DNA from: Candidatus Anoxychlamydiales bacterium
GTDB taxonomy: Bacteria > Chlamydiota > Chlamydiia > Chlamydiales > SM23-39
NCBI GenBank assembly: GCA_011065175.1
Contig: JAAKFE010000002.1
Coordinates: forward strand, 1 to 52,213
DNA: 52,213 nt
Direction of reading: 5' to 3'
Both the position numbers and the translations under genes were made by a program. Positions 34,297 to 43,841 of this stretch are shown piece by piece (position 1 is the stretch's first letter; each line of letters begins with the position of its first letter). The notes beneath the pieces are model-generated. The model saw only the letters and a program-made list of their open reading frames with translations. It was not told the origin of the DNA and did not search any database.

Positions 34297-34818
34297 TTAC
34301 TTATCTTTTGTCTTATTATTATTTCCATCCCAGACAAAGAGTTTTTTATATTTTTCCCAAAACTCTCCACCTAGAATAAAAAAGCTAATTACAAATATTA
34401 AATCTGCAGAAATTAAAATCGCATTTTTTGCATATTCATTTAGAGGCATAATCTTTGAGAAATAAGCATTAATGTATAAAGGGATCACACTCAAAACCAT
34501 TATTGTAAGACCGCTGTAGTATCTAATTTTAGAGACGGGTTTTGGCTTTGTTTTTCTTTTAAATAGCAAAAACATTTTATTTCTGTAATATTTAAAGCCA
34601 TCTTTCCCTAATACAACACTTCCAATCAATATCATTGCTTCAGGACCACCGATGGTTAAAAAGGTTATTATTCCTACAGTGATGATATGAGGAAGTTTTA
34701 AGAAAGGAACTAAAAACCCTAAAATAGGCAACAAAAAAGAGAGAGCTACACAAACAAGACCTGTATAGCATTTGAAATCTTTTTTTAATTTTATTTCTTT
34801 TAAAACTTTTTTTTTCAT
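34297..34818 (-). CDS. Hypothetical 4-TM membrane protein
   Basis: 173 aa; four hydrophobic stretches, basic loops. No motif recognised. Confidence 0.5.
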   Translation of the reverse strand: MKKKVLKEIKLKKDFKCYTGLVCVALSFLLPILGFLVPFLKLPHIITVGIITFLTIGGPEAMILIGSVVLGKDGFKYYRNKMFLLFKRKTKPKPVSKIRYYSGLTIMVLSVIPLYINAYFSKIMPLNEYAKNAILISADLIFVISFFILGGEFWEKYKKLFVWDGNNNKTKDK

Positions 34819-34922
34819 ATTTTGAGGAGCAAAAATTTTAATGTAATCTTAAGTTTTATATAGCAGATAAGAATTTATTTGGATAAAGTTATTTTCTTTG
34901 ATTTGTTTTTAAAAACTTAATG

Positions 34923-36344
34923 TTATTTTTTTTTAAGTCTTGCTCCATCTGGAATATCTTCTATTATATAGCCGTGATCAAAAATAAAATCTCTAAGTTC
35001 ATCAGCTAGAGCAAAATTTTTATTTTTTCTAGCATCTAGTCTTTTTTCTAAAGCTTCTTGAACAGGTTTTGGGATTTCTTCTTTTTCATCTATAAAAATA
35101 AATCCTAAAACGCAGTTTATCTCTTTTAAAAATTTAAGCGTTTTTAAAGCTTCTTTTTTTGATATTTTTTTATCATCGATTAAATGATTTATTTCTCTTA
35201 TCAAATCAAAAATTGAGCTAAGAGCTAGAGAGATATTTAAATCATCTGATAGAGCTTCAATAAATCTTGTTTTTTCTTTTTGCAAAGTTGCAGATACTAA
35301 ATCATATTCATTTTCTTCTTTGACCGATTTTAGTCTCAATACAAAATCCAAAATTCTTTGAATCGAAGCTTTTGCAGCTTTGAGACCTTCAAATGTAAAG
35401 TTAAGTTGAGTTCTATAATGAGAATTTAAAAGCATATATCTGATATCTCTTCCGGAATAATCCATAGCCATAAGATCTCTTAGAGTATAAAAATTACCGA
35501 GGCTTTTAGACATTTTTTTACCATCGACAATTAAATGCTCAGAATGAGCCCAATGCAAAGCAAATCTTTCATTAGTAAAAGATTCAGATTGAGCAATTTC
35601 ATTTTCATGGTGAGGGAAAATATTATCAACACCACCACAGTGAATATCTATATTTGAACCGAGCAGTTTTAATGCCATAGCTGAACATTCGATATGCCAA
35701 CCAGGCCTGCCTTTTCCAAATGGGCTATTCCAAAAAATATCACCATCTCTTTTTTTATCATACGCTTTCCATAAAACAAAATCTGAGATATTTTCTTTTT
35801 CATATTCATCTGACGAAACTCTTGAAGATGCACCTGTTTTTAAACTTTTTAAATCTAGATGAGAGAGTTTTCCATAATCTTTAAATTTATCGATAGAAAA
35901 GTAGATACTACCATCAGAGCCCTTGTATGCAGTTTTTTTATCAACAAGTTTAACAATTATATCTATCATATTTCCTATGTAGTGAGTAGCTTTTGGATAA
36001 AACTCTGCTTTTTCGATATTTAGTTTTAATAGATCTTCAAAAAAAGCTTGTCTATAGGGTTCTGTAAATTCATGAAGAGTAACATTTTTTTCTATTGCAC
36101 CTTTTATGGTTTTATCATCGATATCCGTGATATTCATAACTTGAGTGATAGAAAATCCAAAATATTTTAATACTCTTCTTAGAAGATCTTCAAAAACATA
36201 TGTCCTATAGTTACCGATATGAGCATAATCATAGATGGTAGGGCCACAAGTATAGATACGGATCGTTTTGCCATCTTTTGGTATAATCTTTTCTTTTCTA
36301 CGGGTTTGAGTGTTATAAAGGTTTAAATTAGCAATAGGAGACAT
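34923..36344 (-). CDS. cysS: Cysteinyl-tRNA synthetase
   Basis: 473 aa. HIGN (AHIGNYRT) and KMSKS motifs; Zn-ligand context HIECSAM. Confidence 0.9.
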   Translation of the reverse strand: MSPIANLNLYNTQTRRKEKIIPKDGKTIRIYTCGPTIYDYAHIGNYRTYVFEDLLRRVLKYFGFSITQVMNITDIDDKTIKGAIEKNVTLHEFTEPYRQAFFEDLLKLNIEKAEFYPKATHYIGNMIDIIVKLVDKKTAYKGSDGSIYFSIDKFKDYGKLSHLDLKSLKTGASSRVSSDEYEKENISDFVLWKAYDKKRDGDIFWNSPFGKGRPGWHIECSAMALKLLGSNIDIHCGGVDNIFPHHENEIAQSESFTNERFALHWAHSEHLIVDGKKMSKSLGNFYTLRDLMAMDYSGRDIRYMLLNSHYRTQLNFTFEGLKAAKASIQRILDFVLRLKSVKEENEYDLVSATLQKEKTRFIEALSDDLNISLALSSIFDLIREINHLIDDKKISKKEALKTLKFLKEINCVLGFIFIDEKEEIPKPVQEALEKRLDARKNKNFALADELRDFIFDHGYIIEDIPDGARLKKK

Positions 36345-36347
36345 GCC

Positions 36348-39038
36348 TTACTCAATTATTGTTTGTAAAAATCTATAATCTATTTTTCCTGTTCCTAAAA
36401 GAGGAATACCATCCATTTTTTTCACATCAAAAATTTTAACAAGATTGGAAAAACCAGCTTCTTTTAAAATTTGATTTGCTTCATTTTTTGAAAGCTCAGT
36501 TGTTGTAAATAAAACAAGCTTTGGCCTAGATCCATCACTTTCAATAGCAATAGCAACAACGAGAGGACCATCTGGTTCAATATTAGTTCTTGTAATAATT
36601 TCCTCTGTTATAACTTCTTCGATACCACCTAAACTAACCATCTCGCCTGCGACTTTTGTAAATCTTTTCAATCTTCCAGAGAGAATTAAATTACCCTCTT
36701 CATCTAAGTACCCTAAGTCTCCAGTTTTATACCATTTTTCATGGTCGATTTCAATAAATGGATCTTTTTTGGCATCTAAATAGCCACTAAATACATTTGG
36801 ACCTTTCACACAAATTTCACCCTCGTTGCCTTTTTCAACTAAAGTTTCTTTTTCTGGATCTATAAAGCAAAGCTCAACATTCTCTAAAGGCTTTCCAACT
36901 CCCTTTTCTCTAATTCCTTCAATATTAATAGAAATAGAAGGAGCGCATTCTGTAATGCCATAGCCCTCGACAAGATGTTTATTTTCACCTAAATTTTTGA
37001 TTTTTTCATAAAGTGCTTTTGGGGTTTTTTCTGCACCTGTTACAAACATCCTTATAGTTTTTAGTTGATCTTGTTTAGCTGCTTGAATAAGCCCTTTTAA
37101 AAAGCTTGGAGGAGAACAAATAACTGTAATTTTCCATCTTTCTATTCCTCCAGCTAAAGAATAAGAATCTGTTGGATCTGGGTAAAATGCTATTTTAACA
37201 CCTGATAAAATTGGAAAGAGCCCTGCAATAGAAAAACCAAATGAATGAAAAGGAGGCAAAATTCCATAAATAATGTCTTCTGCATGTAGATCAATACATT
37301 TCATAGCAGCTCTTTGATTAGACAAAATATTTTTATGAGAAAGAGGCACTCCTTTAGGCTCAGCTTCTGTTCCTGAGGTAAATAAAATACAAGCTGTATC
37401 ATTTTCAGATATTTTATCAAGATCTAATTTTCTTAAAAGACCCTTTGTAGTAGAAAAAGTTTTTAAAAGGGCAGATAGTTTATTAAATTTTGTAATTCTT
37501 TTTTTTATATCTTCTAAATATACAAGTTTTTTTGAAAGATGTCCAAATTCTACATTTGATAATTTTTCTAAAAATTTCCAAGAGCTAATAACATTTTCTG
37601 AATGGGTTACTTGCATCATATGGTTTAAATATCTGGGACCCAAAGTCCAATTGAGCATTACTGGGATTTTGTTAGCAAAAAGCGTTGCTAAAATGACTAA
37701 ATAAGATCCACAAGATGCGGGAAGCAAAATTGCAATATGTTTAGATGGATATTTTTTTATTTCTTCAGCTAAAACAAGAGCTGCTATTTTTAATCTTTTA
37801 TAGCTCATCGGTCCTATCAAATCATCAGCGATAGCATCTGAATCTTTCATAATACTACACACACATAAAAAAGATTCTTGAATTGTTTTTCCTTGAGGAG
37901 GAAAAGGTTTTTTCCTTTTTTTCTCATCTGAGAATTTAAAAACCAGTTCTTCTTGAAGCTCTTTTCTTACATTTTTTTTAGTGCCTTCTGCTACTTCTAA
38001 AACATCTTGAACTGTTAAAATATCTTCAGGATAAATAGCTCCAACATCATAATTCACTCCTAAAAAAGTAATAAGCTCAGCTACATCTAATGAATCGAGG
38101 CCTAAATCTTGAGCTAAATCCATTTTTGGATTTATTTGATCTTCAGATATTTTAGATAATTTAGCTAGTTCTGAAAAAATATCTTTTTCTAACTCAGATG
38201 AAAAATCTCTCAAAGTCAGAGTTTTTCTAGCTTCAGTTTTTGGAAGTTTAAGTAGTTTTTCTTTAAATGGGCTATAAGAGACTAAACTAGGAGGCTCTGC
38301 ATCTTTTACTCCCTCTTCTGTAGGATATCTATTATACCAATTTTCCAAATATCTATTTATTTCTAGCCTTGTTCCATTTATTGGAAAATCTTCTTTTGCT
38401 ATCTCAATTTCAACTAAAACTTTTCTTCTAGGCATGAAAAAAACAAAAGAATTTAAAAGACATTTCATGCCCCTTTTTACCATACCTTTAAAATCTGGAG
38501 TTCTTCCAGTATAAGCTCTTGAAAAGCTACTACCCCAAAGTCCTGTTGTTCTAATTAAAACGATATTAGCTCCTTTGCATTGAGATAATATGCTATGGGT
38601 TGCAGAAGATCCTCCCAAAAGCTCTTTTCCAGTATGTTTTAATCTACCTGCTGGATATAACAAGAAATTCTCTTTTTTATTAACTCCATCTATGATTTCA
38701 GCTATTAATTCTCTAGCTTTTTTTAATTTCACTTCATTTAAAGCAGTATCAAAATTAGGAATCGATAAAGCTTTAACGAGCCTCATTAAAAAACCAATTC
38801 CTGATTGTCGAAAGATATACTCTATAACAATTGGTCTCATTTTAAATTTTGGCCAAAAATATAAAGCGATTAAAATTGGATCAATATGAGCTGGATGGTT
38901 CGGCAAAAAAAGTATTCCTGAGTTTGGATTGAATTTGTGTTTTTTTAATAGATTTTTTCCTTTTATTTTCACAGAATATCTTAGTTTGATCAGCCCCCTT
39001 CCTATCAAGCATAAAAGTGATAATAATAAGTAACGCAT
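36348..39038 (-). CDS. aas: Tri-domain lysophospholipid acyltransferase / carrier-protein / acyl-ACP (AMP-forming) synthetase, Aas-like
   Basis: 896 aa. HX4D acyltransferase box NHPAHIDP, embedded phosphopantetheine-attachment motif DLGLDSLDVAEL, adenylation motifs TSGTEAEPKGV and YKTGDLG. Confidence 0.75.
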   Translation of the reverse strand: MRYLLLSLLCLIGRGLIKLRYSVKIKGKNLLKKHKFNPNSGILFLPNHPAHIDPILIALYFWPKFKMRPIVIEYIFRQSGIGFLMRLVKALSIPNFDTALNEVKLKKARELIAEIIDGVNKKENFLLYPAGRLKHTGKELLGGSSATHSILSQCKGANIVLIRTTGLWGSSFSRAYTGRTPDFKGMVKRGMKCLLNSFVFFMPRRKVLVEIEIAKEDFPINGTRLEINRYLENWYNRYPTEEGVKDAEPPSLVSYSPFKEKLLKLPKTEARKTLTLRDFSSELEKDIFSELAKLSKISEDQINPKMDLAQDLGLDSLDVAELITFLGVNYDVGAIYPEDILTVQDVLEVAEGTKKNVRKELQEELVFKFSDEKKRKKPFPPQGKTIQESFLCVCSIMKDSDAIADDLIGPMSYKRLKIAALVLAEEIKKYPSKHIAILLPASCGSYLVILATLFANKIPVMLNWTLGPRYLNHMMQVTHSENVISSWKFLEKLSNVEFGHLSKKLVYLEDIKKRITKFNKLSALLKTFSTTKGLLRKLDLDKISENDTACILFTSGTEAEPKGVPLSHKNILSNQRAAMKCIDLHAEDIIYGILPPFHSFGFSIAGLFPILSGVKIAFYPDPTDSYSLAGGIERWKITVICSPPSFLKGLIQAAKQDQLKTIRMFVTGAEKTPKALYEKIKNLGENKHLVEGYGITECAPSISINIEGIREKGVGKPLENVELCFIDPEKETLVEKGNEGEICVKGPNVFSGYLDAKKDPFIEIDHEKWYKTGDLGYLDEEGNLILSGRLKRFTKVAGEMVSLGGIEEVITEEIITRTNIEPDGPLVVAIAIESDGSRPKLVLFTTTELSKNEANQILKEAGFSNLVKIFDVKKMDGIPLLGTGKIDYRFLQTIIE

Positions 39039-39195
39039 CGCATCCTAATTTTTTTTATATAAGTATTATATTTTATACATTTTTTGATTTTAAAACACTA
39101 CATAAGAGAAAATTTTTCTTCATCTTCAAATTTTTTTTTCAAAAAAAATTAAAAGAAAATTGATCTTTAAATTTAAACTCTTTAAATAAAAAGAT

Positions 39196-39411
39196 ATGGG
39201 AAGCAACAAAAAAAATAAAAAAACTCTACCAAAAGCTTTTGCGTCTTTTCAAAAAGGCTCTAAGTGGCAAGAGCTTGCGAATTTTATTTCCAGAAAAAAC
39301 AGAGATATATCCATTATTAAAGATTTTGAAAAGGATCCTAATCTAAAAAAAATTCACACCCAAAGAGACAAAATTTTTGCTAAAAAGTTTACTCGAAAAA
39401 AAAATGATTAA
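39196..39411 (+). CDS. Hypothetical small basic protein
   Basis: 71-aa ORF. No clear RBS or motif. Confidence 0.3.
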   Translation: MGSNKKNKKTLPKAFASFQKGSKWQELANFISRKNRDISIIKDFEKDPNLKKIHTQRDKIFAKKFTRKKND

Positions 39412-39497
39412 CAAAATTTTTAAATATTTCTTGCACAATTTATAAATTTTTATATATAACTCACGTAAGATGAAGCCAAAAATTAGGAGGCTACTTA

Positions 39498-39782
39498 ATG
39501 GATATGTCTATAGGTAAGTTCAGAGGAATAGAACAAACTACTCACACAGCACAAAAATCCGCTGAACCTCAGGGAATGCCAAAAACTTATGAAGATGCCT
39601 TTGCTTCTTCAAATGTTCAAGATATGCAAGCATCTTGCAAAGCTTATATGAAAAAAACTGAAAAAGAAAATCCATTAACAAAAAGAACAATAATTTCTTT
39701 CAAAAGAGGCGAGCATCCTTATGGGGGAAAAGAAATAACAGGGCCTGCAATAAATATCCCTTTAAATCGGGTGGGTGGCTAA
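39498..39782 (+). CDS. Hypothetical protein
   Basis: 94 aa. Strong RBS AGGAGG 8 nt upstream of ATG. Confidence 0.5.
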   Translation: MDMSIGKFRGIEQTTHTAQKSAEPQGMPKTYEDAFASSNVQDMQASCKAYMKKTEKENPLTKRTIISFKRGEHPYGGKEITGPAINIPLNRVGG

Positions 39783-39783
39783 T

Positions 39784-40332
39784 TTAAAAATAACTATTTT
39801 TTAACTGGATTGCTTTAGTTATGACAATAGACTTTAAAATGTCTATAGCGATAAAAGGAACGACCCCTAACAACAGTGCTTTTTTTAATCCTACAAAATA
39901 GCTAAACCATATTGATCCACCAAATAGCACTATCAAATGGCCTAGTAAAATTGTTAATCCTATTTTTCTTTGGGTAAGATCACTATTTTTCTGAAATATT
40001 TCACCTACTACAAAGCTAGCAATAAAATAGCTTAAGATATAGCCACCATTTGTATTCAAAATAAAATCAATTCCAAAATTACCATTAGAAAAAAACGGAA
40101 GACCGATAATTCCTAAAAATATAAATAATAAAACTGAAAATACACTTTTTTTAGGTCCTAAAAAAAAACCATAAGATATAGCAATTGAGTTTTGCAGTAT
40201 TATTGGAACGGGTGTAAAAAAAAGAGGAATATAAATTTTAGCGAACATAGCTAAAAAAAAGGTGCCCAATAGTATTTGGCAAATATCTTTTAAAGTATCT
40301 TTTTCGATTCTTTTAGCAATTGTTAAGCTCAT
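39784..40332 (-). CDS. bioY: Biotin transporter BioY (ECF S-component type)
   Basis: 182 aa, 5-6 TM. TPVPIILQN, LGPKKS, GLPFFSNG..G......GGYILSYF follow the BioY pattern. Confidence 0.75.
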   Translation of the reverse strand: MSLTIAKRIEKDTLKDICQILLGTFFLAMFAKIYIPLFFTPVPIILQNSIAISYGFFLGPKKSVFSVLLFIFLGIIGLPFFSNGNFGIDFILNTNGGYILSYFIASFVVGEIFQKNSDLTQRKIGLTILLGHLIVLFGGSIWFSYFVGLKKALLLGVVPFIAIDILKSIVITKAIQLKNSYF

Positions 40333-40361
40333 AAAAACTCCTAAAAACTTTAAAAGACACC

Positions 40362-40781
40362 TTATAGTCTTTGAAGAATTATTTCAACTAGATTTGCTAC
40401 CTCTTTAGAAGCCTCATAAACAATTAAATCTTTAGCTTTTGTGATCTCTACCCATCTACCCTCTAATATCTCATCAGATGTTATCTTTGCCTCGCCTTCA
40501 ACTTCAATAAGATAATAGTAGACTTTTTTAGCTGTTTTTTTTGAATTTCTTAAAAAAGAGTATTGTTCTATAAGAGGTTTTTCTACTAAAAATTTTATGA
40601 ATTTTAAATTTGTCTCTTCTTTTAGCTCGCGAAGAGCAGCTTCTTTTTTTGTCTCAGAAATATTTGCATGGCCTTTTGGAAACCCCCAGTGATTCCCACT
40701 TTTATTTTTTATTAAATAGGTATACCAAATATCATTTTCTTTTTTTAAAGCGATAGTTCCAAAACTCTCTTCATATAACAT
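40362..40781 (-). CDS. NUDIX hydrolase
   Basis: 139 aa. Nudix box GFPKGHANISETKKEAALRELKEETNL (G-x5-E-x7-REUxEExGU). Confidence 0.8.
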   Translation of the reverse strand: MLYEESFGTIALKKENDIWYTYLIKNKSGNHWGFPKGHANISETKKEAALRELKEETNLKFIKFLVEKPLIEQYSFLRNSKKTAKKVYYYLIEVEGEAKITSDEILEGRWVEITKAKDLIVYEASKEVANLVEIILQRL

Positions 40782-40861
40782 AAAACGCTTACCAATACTT
40801 ATTTAATATTTATCCAATAATTAATGGCTCTTGTTGATAAAATTCTTTATTGTCGTGTCCC

Positions 40862-42121
40862 CTACCCATTATATGGCGCAAAAATAACAACAGAATTATG
40901 TCCACCAAAACCAAAAGATGAACTCATAGCAGCTGTTATTTTGTGTTCTTTTGCTTTATTTGCAATTGGATCTAAATCGCCTAGCTCTTCTTCTGGATTT
41001 TCTAAATTGATGGTTGGATGAAGTTTATTTGTTAAAATTGCTTTAATTGTTGCAATAGCCTCTATTGCAGAGGCTGCTCCTAAACAGTGACCTGTCATAG
41101 ATTTTGTAGCATTTATTTTTATATTCTTTGAGTGAGCTCCAAAAGCTTTTTTAATAGCTCTGATTTCACAAAGATCACCAACAGTTGTAGAAGTCGCATG
41201 AGTATTGATGTAGTTTACATCTTCTTTAGAAAGATCGGCATCTTTTAGAGCATCTGTAAAGCATCTGCTAACTATAGCGCCATCTTCTCTTGGCGTTGTC
41301 ATATGATATGCATCTGAGTTTAAATTTCCTCCTAGATATTCAGCTAATATTGGAGCTTTTCTATTCAAAGCATGTTCAAGTGACTCTAAGACTAAAACAC
41401 CTGAGCCTTCACCCATAACAAAACCATCTCTATTTTTATCCCAAGGCCTAGATGCTTTTTCAGGCTCATTGTTTCTCGTTGATAGAGTTTTTGCTTGAAC
41501 AAAACCAGCTAGGCCAATTGGTGACATGGGAGCTTCTGCCCCCCCTGTTAGAATTAAATCTGCATCGCCTTTTCTTATATGTTCTGCTGCTGCATGAATA
41601 CAGTAGTTAGAGGTTGCACAAGCTGTAGAAATAGAATAATTAGACCCTTGAAAGCCTAAATCTATGGCTAAAAGAGCTCCTGCCATATTAGTAATGATGA
41701 AAGGCACAAAAAAGGGTGTTAATCTTTTATAGCTATCTTTAATTAGAGTCTGAACACCATCAAAAAAGCTATGCATCCCTCCCATTCCAGAGCCTATAAC
41801 AATTCCACATCTTGTCTTATCTAAATTTTCTAATACATTTTCATCAATTTTAGAATTTTCCAAGGCTTTTTTACCAGCGACCATAGCATATCTAATAAAA
41901 GGATCCGCTCTTCTTGCTTGTTTTTTTTGCATGTAATTTCCAACATCAAAATCTTTTATATAAGCAGCTATTTGAGTTGGATATTCGCTTACATCAAAAA
42001 GATCTAATCTTTTAACAGCGCTTTTTCCTAAAAGCAACTGATCATAAAAATGATCAACGTCATTTCCAAAAGCAGAAGCTATGCCAAGCCCTGTTACAAC
42101 TACTCTTCTTTTTTTTGCCAT
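40862..42121 (-). CDS. fabF: 3-oxoacyl-ACP synthase II
   Basis: 419 aa. Active-site Cys in STACATS, His in NTHATST and GHCLGAAS. Confidence 0.9.
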   Translation of the reverse strand: MAKKRRVVVTGLGIASAFGNDVDHFYDQLLLGKSAVKRLDLFDVSEYPTQIAAYIKDFDVGNYMQKKQARRADPFIRYAMVAGKKALENSKIDENVLENLDKTRCGIVIGSGMGGMHSFFDGVQTLIKDSYKRLTPFFVPFIITNMAGALLAIDLGFQGSNYSISTACATSNYCIHAAAEHIRKGDADLILTGGAEAPMSPIGLAGFVQAKTLSTRNNEPEKASRPWDKNRDGFVMGEGSGVLVLESLEHALNRKAPILAEYLGGNLNSDAYHMTTPREDGAIVSRCFTDALKDADLSKEDVNYINTHATSTTVGDLCEIRAIKKAFGAHSKNIKINATKSMTGHCLGAASAIEAIATIKAILTNKLHPTINLENPEEELGDLDPIANKAKEHKITAAMSSSFGFGGHNSVVIFAPYNG

Positions 42122-42141
42122 AATTATCTTTTTATAAAATG

Positions 42142-42498
42142 TTACTTTTCTACTTTAATTTTTAAATCAACAATTTTTCCTTGTTGAAAAAGCTTTTCTA
42201 AAGCATAAGTCTCTCTTAGCTGAGGTTTAAAAAGATGAACTATAATATCTAAATAATCTATAACAACCCAATCTGATTCTTGAAGACCTTCAACATGAAG
42301 AGGCTTTTCTTTCATTTTTTTAAGCTGCTCTATAACTTCATTTGCAATAGCTTTAATATGTCTTTCAACATTACCTTCAGCGATAATTATATAGTCACAA
42401 ATCGAAGAGACACCTCTTACATCTAAGGCTAAAATATTAAAGCCTTTTTTATCATAAATAATTTGTGAAATGATATTTAATAATTCTATCTTATCCAT
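42142..42498 (-). CDS. rsfS: Ribosome silencing factor RsfS (Iojap family)
   Basis: 118 aa. Typical size, and DYIIIAEGNVERHIKAIANEV / WVVIDYLDIIVHLF pattern. Downstream of nadD, as in many bacteria. Confidence 0.8.
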   Translation of the reverse strand: MDKIELLNIISQIIYDKKGFNILALDVRGVSSICDYIIIAEGNVERHIKAIANEVIEQLKKMKEKPLHVEGLQESDWVVIDYLDIIVHLFKPQLRETYALEKLFQQGKIVDLKIKVEK

Positions 42499-42513
42499 CT
42501 TAATTCAATTCCC

Positions 42514-42570
42514 CATTATGAATGGGTTTCCATTACGAATGGGTTTCCATTACGAATGGGTTTCCATTTT
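42514..42570. repeat. 3.3 tandem copies of a 17-bp unit, each junction forming the palindrome CCATT-N3-AATGG
   Basis: cattatgaatgggtttc (42514-42530), cattacgaatgggtttc (42531-42547), cattacgaatgggtttc (42548-42564), catttt (42565-42570). In the nadD-rsfS spacer. Confidence 0.85.
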
Positions 42571-42609
42571 AAAGGTGTAGTATGTTTTTAAAATTTTTCT
42601 TTTAACATC

Positions 42610-43188
42610 CTACAAGTATAACTTACGTTTATAAATGTAGTCTAGAGTTTCTTTTGGAATAAGATGATAGCAATTTTTATGATTTTTAAGTCTTTTTCTA
42701 ATCTCAGTAGAAGAGATCTCAAAGATATTAGTTTCAACAAAATTTTTACTACTTAGAATAAAATCTTTACTTTCAAAATTTTGTAAAAATTTATTTCGAA
42801 CTCCTACAATTAATGGGGCTATTTTTAAAATATTTTTATAATCTTTCCACTTCTGAAAATTTAAAAGGGTATCTTCTGTAATGATTAGTCTTAAATTATT
42901 TTTATTTTTTATCTCTTTTAAAGTATTTATTGTATATGAGATATCTTCATTTTTTATTTCAAAATCAGTTATATCAAAATTTTTAAAGTTTTTTATTGCT
43001 TGTTTCACCATTTCAAATCTATCTTTAGAAGACGCGATAGGGGGGTTTTTAGTTTTAAAAGGAGAGATATTTGCTGGACAAAACAAGATCTTACCTAACT
43101 TTAATTTTTCTAGAATTTGAATAGCCAAATTTATATGTCCAAAATGAATCGGATCAAAACTTCCTCCAAAAAAACCGATATTTTTCAT
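42610..43188 (-). CDS. nadD: Nicotinate-nucleotide adenylyltransferase
   Basis: GGSFDPIHFGH motif. Start moved to ATG 43188-43186, which forms an ATGA overlap with the stop of the upstream HAD gene (ORF track start 43200). Confidence 0.85.
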   Translation of the reverse strand: MKNIGFFGGSFDPIHFGHINLAIQILEKLKLGKILFCPANISPFKTKNPPIASSKDRFEMVKQAIKNFKNFDITDFEIKNEDISYTINTLKEIKNKNNLRLIITEDTLLNFQKWKDYKNILKIAPLIVGVRNKFLQNFESKDFILSSKNFVETNIFEISSTEIRKRLKNHKNCYHLIPKETLDYIYKRKLYL

Positions 43189-43841
43189 AAAATTTGCCAA
43201 TTTCTTTTTTTAGCTAGTTTATAAAGTTTTGACGAAGGAGATACAGCAACTTTTTTCTTTGCTACTTCAAATAGCTCTAAATCATCAATACTATCAGAAT
43301 ATACAGAGACCTTTTTTTTTGTAATATTTAATCTTTTCATTAGACCTTTAGCCTCTTTAGCTTTTTTTTTGCCATTCATTATAACTTCTATTTTATCAAA
43401 TTTGTCATCTTGATCAATCAGATATTTTGTTGCTTTGAATTCATTAACTTTTAAAATTTCACTAATTGGCTGTACTAAAAAAACAGGAGATGAAGAAAAA
43501 ATAGCAATGTAGTGATTTTCAAAGATCGCTTTTTGAAGTTCTTTAATTGCTGGAATGTAAAAAAATTTATCTAAATATTTATCTAAAAACCGATCTATCT
43601 CTTTAGTAACTAGACTATATTTTTTGTTTTTCAAAAACTTTTCAAAAACTACCTTGTGTAGATTTTCGATATTCATATTGAAATATTTAAATTTGATAAA
43701 ATAATAGATTAGCTTAAAAATTGATCTCTTATCAAAATTATTTTTTTTATATAGATACAAATAAAATTTAAAGCTAATGTTTGTTTTAAGAAGGGTTTTA
43801 TCAAGATCAAAAATAGTTAAATACACGTTAATTACTTTCAA
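43185..43841 (-). CDS. HAD-superfamily hydrolase (subfamily IB-like)
   Basis: 218 aa. Motif I IFDLDKTLL; C-terminal YSDSIDD (motif IV-like). Confidence 0.65.
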   Translation of the reverse strand: MKVINVYLTIFDLDKTLLKTNISFKFYLYLYKKNNFDKRSIFKLIYYFIKFKYFNMNIENLHKVVFEKFLKNKKYSLVTKEIDRFLDKYLDKFFYIPAIKELQKAIFENHYIAIFSSSPVFLVQPISEILKVNEFKATKYLIDQDDKFDKIEVIMNGKKKAKEAKGLMKRLNITKKKVSVYSDSIDDLELFEVAKKKVAVSPSSKLYKLAKKRNWQIL

